Shown here: one piece after another, positions 25,900-32,511 of the stretch
Position numbering within the stretch: position 1 is the stretch's first letter
Layout of the letters: each line of letters begins with the position of its first letter
Source of the DNA: a virus
Lineage: Duplodnaviria; Caudoviricetes
Strand: one strand, 5' to 3'
Virus record (IMG/VR): IMGVR_UViG_3300011442_000020
Span: 1-32,511 of that record
DNA length: 32,511 nt
Notes under the pieces: generated by a model
Told to the model about the DNA's origin: nothing
Database searches by the model: none
What the model saw: the letters and a program-made list of their open reading frames with translations, nothing else
Program-made: the position numbers and the translations under genes

Positions 25900-26759
25900 G
25901 CGTTGCTTTCTTCGGTGGTGGGAAGGGGTGCTGCCGCGAGCCAGCGCGGCAGGGTGACGCACTCGACGCTGTCGCCGTAGGAGGGCCAGCGATCGGCGGC
26001 CTTGCAGGCGGCATAGCGGGCGAGCAGGGCAGCGTTCGCGATCCGGCCGTGCTCGATGCTCTCGTCGTCCAGCATGATGGCGCTGCAGGCGAACGGCCAG
26101 GTCGACTCGACCGCTGCGAAGATGAATGCGAGCACGGTCTTTCCGCTCGCCGCTTCGTAACCGGCGCTGTAGTACGCATCCTGCCGGTGATAGCCCTTGC
26201 GGCCGATCTGCAAGGCGAAGTCTTCCGGGCTGGCGCTGCTGTACGTCTTGACGTCGAGCAGGATCACGGCGTCGTCGCCGACGGGGTGCACCCAATCCGG
26301 CCGGCAGCGGCAGAGCTCGCCGGTCGCCGGATCGATCCAGAAGGCCGACACCTCGGGCTTGCCGGCAGACAGCAGGCGGCCGATCTCGGGGTGGCTGCGC
26401 ACGCTCAGGGCCTGGGCCCTGGCGACGTCGGCCTGGTCGCGCTTCACGCTCACCTTCCCGGCCGGCAGGCCTTCCTCGAAAGCATCCCAGACCTTCGTGC
26501 CGCGCCGCGCGTTCGGGCCGACGGCGTAGCGATTGTCGAACTCGGCCGGCTCGAGGATGGCGCAATGCGCGAGGGTGCCCTCGAACTGGCCGGCCTTCTC
26601 GACGCGCGGCGGCCGATCGGGATTCAGGTGCAGCGCGTGGAAGTGAAACGGGCTGCGCGCGAAGTCGGCCAGGCCGCTGTTGGAGATCGCCGGCGACGCG
26701 TGGTAGTCGTCGATCGGCAGGTCGTAGACCAGGCCGAGAGGATCGGTACGCGCGTTCAC
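25896..26759 (-). CDS. RecE/exonuclease VIII-like PD-(D/E)XK nuclease (DUF3799)
   Basis: YHA.PAISNSGL, GTLAHCAILEP..F, E.S.FW.D..TG..CRCRPDW, DVKT, YHRQDAYY..G, F.F.AVE...PF; GTG start at 26759. Confidence 0.92.
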   Translation of the reverse strand: MNARTDPLGLVYDLPIDDYHASPAISNSGLADFARSPFHFHALHLNPDRPPRVEKAGQFEGTLAHCAILEPAEFDNRYAVGPNARRGTKVWDAFEEGLPAGKVSVKRDQADVARAQALSVRSHPEIGRLLSAGKPEVSAFWIDPATGELCRCRPDWVHPVGDDAVILLDVKTYSSASPEDFALQIGRKGYHRQDAYYSAGYEAASGKTVLAFIFAAVESTWPFACSAIMLDDESIEHGRIANAALLARYAACKAADRWPSYGDSVECVTLPRWLAAAPLPTTEESNA

Positions 26760-26950
26760 GGGTACGTTCCTGCGTGCTGCCTGGCCATCACCATCGCGTC
26801 GGCGATTTCGATGCATCGCTGGGCGACGCGCTCGATGAAGCCGGCGCGCTCGCCGACGATCTGCACGACCGCCGGCAACGCCGCCAGGATGCAGGCGTCG
26901 CGAAACGACAGGGCAGGATCCGGCCGCGCCGGCGTGGTCTGCGTGTTCAT
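26756..26950 (-). CDS. Hypothetical early protein (64 aa)
   Basis: SFRD....AALP.........A......ADAM..AR is a common small phage protein pattern; coupled to neighbours. Confidence 0.75.
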   Translation of the reverse strand: MNTQTTPARPDPALSFRDACILAALPAVVQIVGERAGFIERVAQRCIEIADAMVMARQHAGTYP

Positions 26951-27265
26951 TCAGTACATCACCTTGCAGAACGCCCAGGCCGCCACCGGCAGCAGCAGGG
27001 CCAGGAACCAATAGCGGCCGTGGTTGTTGCGCCGCTGTGTCAGGAGGGCGCGCTGCACGTCCAGCTCGGCGGCGCTGTCCATGCGCGGATTGCGCTCGAA
27101 AAAGACGCCCGAATCGGGGTCGCGCACGAGCGCGTGCGTCGGCTGCCAGCGCGAGCCGATCGAAACGCTCGGCCGGCGCGGCAGCTCGGCGACGACGGAT
27201 GGAGCGTCGTTGCTGGCGGGGTGGTGGAAGCTGCGCCGCCACACGGGCAGGGGCCCGGTGCTCAT
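26951..27265 (-). CDS. Hypothetical early protein with C-terminal TM segment
   Basis: ATGA-coupled start at 27265; ends YWFLALLLPVAAWAFCKVMY. Confidence 0.65.
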   Translation of the reverse strand: MSTGPLPVWRRSFHHPASNDAPSVVAELPRRPSVSIGSRWQPTHALVRDPDSGVFFERNPRMDSAAELDVQRALLTQRRNNHGRYWFLALLLPVAAWAFCKVMY

Positions 27266-27522
27266 GACATCAGCTCTCCGAAGCCCGTCAGGCGCTCGGC
27301 CGTGAAGCGCCGCTCGGCTTGCTTGAACGCCTGGCGGATCAGCATGTTCTGCGTCGGCCAATCGGTCGCGCGCCGCGCCGGGCCGTTCAGCGAGGGCGCG
27401 GTATCCGGCTCGACCGGCTTGCGACGGTCGAGGCAGTCGGGGAAGTCGCGCGAGAGCAGCTGCTCGCTGGGCGCGACCGGGGCGGCAAGTTGCCGGGCGA
27501 CGGCTAGGGTGGCTTGGGACAT
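27262..27522 (-). CDS. Hypothetical protein, first gene of the leftward early operon
   Basis: GGAG RBS; lies directly downstream of the PL-like promoter. Confidence 0.65.
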   Translation of the reverse strand: MSQATLAVARQLAAPVAPSEQLLSRDFPDCLDRRKPVEPDTAPSLNGPARRATDWPTQNMLIRQAFKQAERRFTAERLTGFGELMS

Positions 27523-27553
27523 CTGCTCTCCGTTCGAGGAATCGACGGAAAGC

Positions 27554-27583
27554 AGTTTAGGTCAGACTAAACCCAGGTGTCAA
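27554..27583 (-). promoter_or_regulatory. PL-like promoter
   Basis: On the minus strand: TTGACA (27583-27578), 18 nt, TAAACT (27559-27554). Confidence 0.8.
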
Positions 27584-27596
27584 GCTATGCCTAAAC
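27555..27596. promoter_or_regulatory. Left operators OL1/OL2
   Basis: GTTTAG-GTCAGA-CTAAAC (27555-27572) and GTCAAG-CTATGC-CTAAAC (27579-27596). Confidence 0.85.
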
Positions 27597-27644
27597 CATG
27601 ATGGTCAGCCCGTGAAGTAGTTCCCCTCGCCCTTTCCTCTCGGC

Positions 27645-28085
27645 CTAGGGCTTCTTTTTCGCCGCCTCGTACTCGAGGCGCGCCTGCTCGCGCAACTCGG
27701 CGTGCCGCTTCAGCACGGCCGTGCGCTCGTCTTCCGTCATGGCGACCTTGACGGCCTGCAGCAGGGCCCAGTCAGTATCGCTGACCTGTTTGCGGTCGTC
27801 GAATCGCCGCGGCGGCGGCGGCGGTGGTGGTGCGGATAGGCCCAGGCCGCTCTCGGGCATGACTAGTCCGGCCTTCGATCCGAGCCTTTGGCGGAGGCTC
27901 CTGGCCGCCGCTTCGCCGAAGGGCTGGCTCTTGTCGAATAGCTGGCTCACTCGGCCCTTCGAGAGGCCGGTCGTCCTCATGAACTTCGCTCGGGATTCGG
28001 CGCTGTCGGCGCCGTAGGTGTCGACGAACCAGGCAACGAACTGCTCCCGGCGAAGTGCGTCGGGCGGTGGGATCTCAGGGCGCAT
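27645..28085 (-). CDS. CI-like repressor (HTH, no S24 peptidase domain)
   Basis: Divergent from the cro-like gene and flanked by operators. HTH-like RAKF...TGLSKGRVSQL......FGE.AAR.L...LG, then a Pro7 linker and a short helical C-terminus. Confidence 0.8.
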   Translation of the reverse strand: MRPEIPPPDALRREQFVAWFVDTYGADSAESRAKFMRTTGLSKGRVSQLFDKSQPFGEAAARSLRQRLGSKAGLVMPESGLGLSAPPPPPPPRRFDDRKQVSDTDWALLQAVKVAMTEDERTAVLKRHAELREQARLEYEAAKKKP

Positions 28086-28150
28086 TAAGCAAATGCTAAA
28101 CACGGGTTGTTCAGCCATCACTTGACCTGTGCGTTTAGTTAGGCCTAAAC
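28084..28150. promoter_or_regulatory. Right operators OR3/OR2/OR1 with overlapping PR and PRM
   Basis: ATTAAG-N6-CTAAAC (28084-28101), GTTCAG-N6-CTTGAC (28109-28126), GTTTAG-N6-CTAAAC (28133-28150). PR is TTGACC(28122)-18-TAAACT(28146). A PRM-like -10, TAGCAT, is on the minus strand at 28098-28093. Confidence 0.85.
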
Positions 28151-28157
28151 TGCCAGG

Positions 28158-28376
28158 ATGGACCTGATCAGCTGGCTGGAAGCAGAGCGAGGCCGCCTCG
28201 AGGCGCTCGCATCCCATATCAAGGTGTCGAAGTCCGCGGTCTCGCAGTGGAAGAGCAACGGGGTGCCGGTTGTGCACATGAAGACCGTTCGCGAATTCAC
28301 CGGCGGCGCGGTGACGCTCGAAGAGATGGTGCCCGAGCCCTTTTCGAGGGAGCCCGCGGCCGCGCAAGGGTCCTGA
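28158..28376 (+). CDS. cro: Cro-like (YdaS-type) HTH regulator
   Basis: GR...LA..I.VS.SAVSQW...GVP.........T.G.VT.EE..P. Confidence 0.88.
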   Translation: MDLISWLEAERGRLEALASHIKVSKSAVSQWKSNGVPVVHMKTVREFTGGAVTLEEMVPEPFSREPAAAQGS

Positions 28377-28379
28377 GCC

Positions 28380-28586
28380 ATGGCCCTCGAACGCAAGGAC
28401 ATCCGGGCAAAGCTCGATGCCGAGATGCACGCCAAGCTCAAGGCGATCTGCGATGCCGACGAGATCGACATGGGCGAGTTCATCGAGGCGGTGCTGGTGC
28501 CTGTCATTGAGAAGCGAGTCCATGCCGCCATTGTTCTGGCCGACCGACTCCAGCGTCAGGGAAAAACCGGGAGCTCCCGGGAATGA
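28380..28586 (+). CDS. Small putative DNA-binding protein (ribbon-helix-helix-like, at the cII position)
   Basis: KDIRAKLD.EMH.KLK.IC......M..FI beta-alpha-alpha pattern; follows cro. Confidence 0.65.
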   Translation: MALERKDIRAKLDAEMHAKLKAICDADEIDMGEFIEAVLVPVIEKRVHAAIVLADRLQRQGKTGSSRE

Positions 28587-28858
28587 ACGCCCAGGCCGCA
28601 TTCCTGAAGCCGCAGGAGCACGCCGACCGCCTGGCGGAGTCGCTGCGCCTGGCCGTCGAGATCGCCGACGAGGCTGCCAGGTCCGACATCGAATCCTGGG
28701 GCGTGCCGCTCGCCGACCGCTGGTTTGACATCGCCCCGCACGACGGCGATGACGACTACGAGCGCGCCACCCTTATCCGCGCCGCGAAGTACCTGACGCT
28801 GCGCGGGCAGCTCGAGGTCGATCCGGCGGATGTGCTCAAGGTGAGAGTGAAGGCATGA
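28583..28858 (+). CDS. Hypothetical protein (91 aa)
   Basis: ATGA coupling at both ends. Confidence 0.7.
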   Translation: MNAQAAFLKPQEHADRLAESLRLAVEIADEAARSDIESWGVPLADRWFDIAPHDGDDDYERATLIRAAKYLTLRGQLEVDPADVLKVRVKA

Positions 28859-29046
28859 CGCCGCACCCGATCGTCGACGGCCAGCACCAGCCAGTACCCG
28901 AGCCGATGCCCGAGCTCGTGCTGCTCGACCTCGACCGCCAGCCAGTCCCCGACTCGCACTGCTTCACCTGCGGGACGAAGCTCGTCCAGCGCTGCGGCTA
29001 TTGCAGCGCATGCCTCGATTGCATGGCCGAAGGGGCAGGGCGATGA
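28855..29046 (+). CDS. Small Cys-rich (putative metal-binding) protein
   Basis: HCFTC-x7-CGYCSACLDC; coupled at both ends. Confidence 0.65.
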   Translation: MTPHPIVDGQHQPVPEPMPELVLLDLDRQPVPDSHCFTCGTKLVQRCGYCSACLDCMAEGAGR

Positions 29047-29429
29047 GCGACTATCGCGTGAAGCACCTGCCGCGCAACGCCGCCTCGATCGTCGAGCTGC
29101 GCCTGGCCGGCAAGATTGCAGCCGGAGACTGCATCGTCGTCTCCTTCGTCGGCTCGACGCCGATCGACGCGCCGCACGTCTTCTGCGATCCGGGCAAGCG
29201 CTACGACTGGCGCTTTGCACGCGACCTGCACGCCACGATCGTGACCCAGCGCGGCATCGACATCAGCCACGTCAACGGAGATCTTGCCGAGATGACGATG
29301 GCCTATCCGAGCATGGTCGACTTCGAGCGCCAGGTCGTGGCGTCGATCGTGCCGAGGTCGGGTGTCCCGGGCTTCAAGTTGTGGCCACGTCGGCGAGGCA
29401 GCGATGCATGGCAGGCGCTGTTCGGGTGA
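29043..29429 (+). CDS. Hypothetical protein upstream of the helicase
   Basis: ATGA-coupled start at 29043; contains P...YDWRF...L. Confidence 0.7.
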   Translation: MSDYRVKHLPRNAASIVELRLAGKIAAGDCIVVSFVGSTPIDAPHVFCDPGKRYDWRFARDLHATIVTQRGIDISHVNGDLAEMTMAYPSMVDFERQVVASIVPRSGVPGFKLWPRRRGSDAWQALFG

Positions 29430-29431
29430 CC

Positions 29432-30478
29432 ATGGCCGAGGTCCACGACCTCGCCGACTATGGCGGCGGGCAAGGCGCCGCCACCCCACTGCAGATCATG
29501 ACGCTCGAGCAGCTGCGCGAGCAGTCGAAGGCGACCACATGGCTCGTCAAACACGTCATCCCGGCCGAGTCGATCGGGGTCATGTTCGGCGGCTCGGGCA
29601 CGTTCAAGTCCTTCATCGCGATCGACCTGGCGCTGCACGTCGCACACGGCCTGGATTGGCTCGGCAGGAAGACGCGCAAGGGCAGGGTGCTCATCGTGGC
29701 CGCGGAGGGCGGCAGCGGCCTGTGGCGGCGGATCGTCGCCTGGCACCGGGATCACCGGATCAACTGGCAGCACGTCGATCTCTGGGTGCTGCCGGTGGCC
29801 GTGGACCTCAGGAACGATGCGGTCCGGGTGACCGAGGCGGCCGCTGCGCTCGATGTACGGCCCGACCTGGTCATCGTCGACACGCTATCCCAGACCTTCG
29901 CCGGCGAGGAGAACAGTGCGGCCGAGATCTCGGGCTATCTCCGCGAGCTCGGCACGTGGTTCCGCGCAGCGTGGCAGGCGTCGGTGCTCGTCGTGCATCA
30001 CACCGGTCATCAGGCGACCGAGAGGCCCCGCGGATCCAGCGCCATCCGGTCGAACGTCGATTTCATGCTCGGTGTCTACCGCGACGAGAAGGAAATGCTG
30101 GCGACGGTCGAGTGTGTGAAGCAGAAGGACGGCGAACTGTTCGAGCCAATGACGTTCGGGTTAAAGGTCATCGAGCTGAAGCCCGACGAGGACGGGGACC
30201 CAATCACCAGCCTGGTCGCCAGCTCGATCCGAGACTCAGGACAGGTCGTCAGTCACATGCAGCACGAGGCCAAGCGTGGCCGCGGCGGCAACAACCACCT
30301 ATTCCTCGAGCTCGCGCAGAACGGGATGGAGGAGAAGAAGGTGCGCACGGTGTTCTACGACTTGATCCCCGGCGACGGCGACACGAAGCGCCAGGCCTAC
30401 CACCGGGCCCGCAAGTGGGCAGTCGAGAAGGGATTGATCGAGGTTGCCGAGGGCATCGTCATCCGAATAGGAGCGTGA
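29432..30478 (+). CDS. RepA-like (AAA_25, SF4-type) replicative helicase
   Basis: WLVK.VIP, Walker A GGSGTFKSF, AAEG, Walker B IVDTLS, VVHHTG, RGSSA, KQKD. Confidence 0.92.
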   Translation: MAEVHDLADYGGGQGAATPLQIMTLEQLREQSKATTWLVKHVIPAESIGVMFGGSGTFKSFIAIDLALHVAHGLDWLGRKTRKGRVLIVAAEGGSGLWRRIVAWHRDHRINWQHVDLWVLPVAVDLRNDAVRVTEAAAALDVRPDLVIVDTLSQTFAGEENSAAEISGYLRELGTWFRAAWQASVLVVHHTGHQATERPRGSSAIRSNVDFMLGVYRDEKEMLATVECVKQKDGELFEPMTFGLKVIELKPDEDGDPITSLVASSIRDSGQVVSHMQHEAKRGRGGNNHLFLELAQNGMEEKKVRTVFYDLIPGDGDTKRQAYHRARKWAVEKGLIEVAEGIVIRIGA

Positions 30479-30670
30479 CATGAAAAGTCGGGAAAAGCGT
30501 GACAGAGGCGGGTACAGCGTGACAGAGAAGCGTGACACTCTCGCGCGCGCGCGCACTTCCTACGGAAGTGATGTCACGTTTGTCACGCGTGACATTTCAA
30601 GATTAGAAAATCGTGACGTGACTGTCTGGTTGCGTGACAGTGACACTGCGCTTGAGGCTCCGTGTCACCA
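30472..30670. repeat. Candidate replication origin with GTGACA iterons
   Basis: AGCGTGACA at 30472, 30496, 30516 and 30529; a (CG)n run; CACTTCC-TAC-GGAAGTG hairpin; TGTCACGCGTGACA palindrome (30581-30594); an AT-rich patch; further GTGAC copies to 30668. Confidence 0.7.
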
Positions 30671-30709
30671 TCACGGCGAGCAGTCGGTTATCGCGATCGA
30701 GGGCCTGCC

Positions 30710-31231
30710 GTGATCCTGGCCATCGACCCAGGCACGCGCGAGAGTGGCTGGGTGCTCTACGACGGCAAGCGCATTGCCGACTCGGGCGTGCACGACAACC
30801 ACGACCTCCTGCGCTGGGTGCAGGCAGGGCAGGGTGCCGACACGCTCGCGATCGAAATGATGTTCGCATCAGGGATGCCGGCGGGCAACGACCAGTTCCG
30901 CACCCTGGTCTGGATCGGCAGATTCGTGCAGGCCTGGCGCGAGCCCGAGGCGGTGCTCTACGTCGACCGTCGCGACGTGAAGCTGCACCTCTGCCAGTCC
31001 GCACGCGCCAAGGATCCGAACATCCGTCAAGCATTGATCGATGCCATCGGGCCGCAGGGCGTCAAGTCAAAACCCGGACCGACGTACGGCGTGAAGTCGC
31101 ACGCATGGGCCGCGCTCGCGGTCGCCGTCACCGCGCTGCACCAGCTCGGCCAGCAGGTCGAGACCCAGCCCGCGCCGCTCTTTCGCGAGCACATCCCGAT
31201 TTCCGACCCCTTCGAGGAATGCACATCATGA
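30710..31231 (+). CDS. RuvC-like Holliday junction resolvase
   Basis: ILAIDPG...SGW, LAIEM, T..WIGRF, VK..LC....AKD, H.W.ALAVA. Confidence 0.85.
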   Translation: MILAIDPGTRESGWVLYDGKRIADSGVHDNHDLLRWVQAGQGADTLAIEMMFASGMPAGNDQFRTLVWIGRFVQAWREPEAVLYVDRRDVKLHLCQSARAKDPNIRQALIDAIGPQGVKSKPGPTYGVKSHAWAALAVAVTALHQLGQQVETQPAPLFREHIPISDPFEECTS

Positions 31232-32421
31232 GGTACGCCGTCCGGACAATCCTGCTCGTCGCGATCATCGTCCTGGGCGGATGCAAGTCGCTGCCGACAC
31301 CCGACCCGCAAATCCCCGAGGAGCTGCCGGCGAATGCGAACAAGATCGCGATCGAGCTCGGCGCCGGCAATGTCCTGATCGACAACGTACGGACAACGAG
31401 CGACGAGCGCACCGTCGTGATCACGCGCAACCCGCAAGACGTCGTGACGATCATCGACCCGCCGATCATGACTTCGGGGCTTCACGTCGATCAGAGCACG
31501 CTGCCGCCGCTCGATCCGGGCTATGGCGAACAGCGCGTGAAGGACACGACGCAGGAACCGCAAGCTGGCGGCGGCGGGCAGTTCCGGACGACGTGCGAAG
31601 TCGCATGGGTTGCAGACGTCGATCCCGTCGTTTACCCGGGCGCGCCCGGCAGGTCGCACACTCACACCGGATTTGGCAACGTCGAGCTGAACGCCTTCTC
31701 GACGCATGACAGCCTCTTCGTCAAAGGCAACACGGCATGCCGAGGCGGGAGGATCAATCATTCGGCGTACTGGATCCCGACGCTGCTCGACACGCGCACG
31801 AGTAAGCCGATCCTGCCGTACACGATCAACGTCTACTACAAGAATTTCGGTTTCGATCGGCTCTCGATCGAGGAATTCCCCGCAGGGCTGCGCATGGTGA
31901 CTGGCGACCCGAATGCGACGAAGCCGCAGCCGAACAATTCGAGCATGGCGCATTCATGGCAATGCAACGGCGTCATGTACACGAGCATTCCGACCGATCA
32001 AGTCGCGTGCCCGCCGGGCTCGGATCTCACCGTCGCCGTTTTCTTCAATAACTGCTGGGACGGCAACAACCTCGACAGCCCGGATCACAAGTCGCATATG
32101 GCGAACGGGCCGAACAAGCAAGTCCCTGGCAGTAACCCGCCGGTCTACAAAAAGGCGTGTCCGAGCACGCATCCGCATGTCCTGCCTCAGCTCTCGTTTC
32201 AGATGGTCTACACCGTCACGGATACGCGATACATGCGGTTCGTGTCCGACACGAATCCCGCCCAGCCTGCGGGCTGGACGATGCACGGCGACGTGATCAG
32301 CGCATGGGAGCCGAAGTTCATGCGCATGTGGGTGAACAACTGCCTGCGTGCTGGCGCTGAATGCTTCTCGCATCTGCTCGGGCGCGATCCCGACGACGGC
32401 AAGCTGAAGCAGATCTACTGA
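31228..32421 (+). CDS. DUF1996-domain lipoprotein
   Basis: Lipobox LGG-C. Motifs: DPVVYPG...SHTH..FGN, SAYWIPTL, YY, FPAGLRM..GD, CWDG.NLDSPDHKSHMA, CPSTHP..LPQL, HGD....W. Confidence 0.9.
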   Translation: MRYAVRTILLVAIIVLGGCKSLPTPDPQIPEELPANANKIAIELGAGNVLIDNVRTTSDERTVVITRNPQDVVTIIDPPIMTSGLHVDQSTLPPLDPGYGEQRVKDTTQEPQAGGGGQFRTTCEVAWVADVDPVVYPGAPGRSHTHTGFGNVELNAFSTHDSLFVKGNTACRGGRINHSAYWIPTLLDTRTSKPILPYTINVYYKNFGFDRLSIEEFPAGLRMVTGDPNATKPQPNNSSMAHSWQCNGVMYTSIPTDQVACPPGSDLTVAVFFNNCWDGNNLDSPDHKSHMANGPNKQVPGSNPPVYKKACPSTHPHVLPQLSFQMVYTVTDTRYMRFVSDTNPAQPAGWTMHGDVISAWEPKFMRMWVNNCLRAGAECFSHLLGRDPDDGKLKQIY

Positions 32422-32511
32422 CCGAGTGAGCACGCGATGAACGTTCAAACCATGGGCGCGGGGGTGGCACAGGGGGGGGAGAGCTCTCGATGAAACGCAG
32501 CGACGCGCCAC

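Noticed and set aside
30472-30670. CRISPR-like or DGR-like repeat array
   Set aside because: Repeats are 5-9 bp, irregularly spaced and in both orientations. There is no cas or reverse transcriptase gene and no TR/VR pair differing at adenines.
30480-30713. 77-aa ORF across the iteron region
   Set aside because: Its repeated RD/VT residues simply translate the GTGAC repeats. It overlaps both neighbours, so it cannot be fully excluded, but an origin explains the sequence better.
32490-32511. ATG at 32490 as the terS start via direct circularisation of the window
   Set aside because: Joining end to start puts this ATG out of the terS frame, and the terS frame meets TGA at 32491 with no start codon.
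1-32511. Stop-codon reassignment, tRNA genes or anti-phage defence systems
   Set aside because: TGA, TAG and TAA all end genes at coupled junctions; no cloverleaf or known defence motif was recognised by eye.

Overview
A GC-rich temperate siphovirus genome, nearly complete and probably from a proteobacterial host (inferred from the integrase/DUF4224 pair, an IHF site, an H-NS motif and lipoproteins). It appears in excised configuration, with a candidate attP in the middle. Left arm (+ strand, 1-22166): terminase subunits, HNH nuclease, fused prohead protease-major capsid, a terminator-flanked Pro-rich/membrane-peptide cassette, portal, head-tail proteins, tail tube, a -1 frameshifted tail chaperone pair, a five-gene putative appendage block, tape measure, tail-tip genes, and a Dit-like protein fused to two SPRY-like domains. 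Centre (- strand): lipoprotein, attP, integrase, excisionase, an H-NS-domain fusion and RecT/RecE-like genes. A lambda-style switch has five GTTTAG-N6-CTAAAC operators. Right arm (+): small early genes, RepA-type helicase, a GTGACA-rich candidate origin, a RuvC-like resolvase and a DUF1996 lipoprotein. No endolysin, antiterminator or primase is recognisable. All family calls come from motif recognition by eye; no database searches were run.
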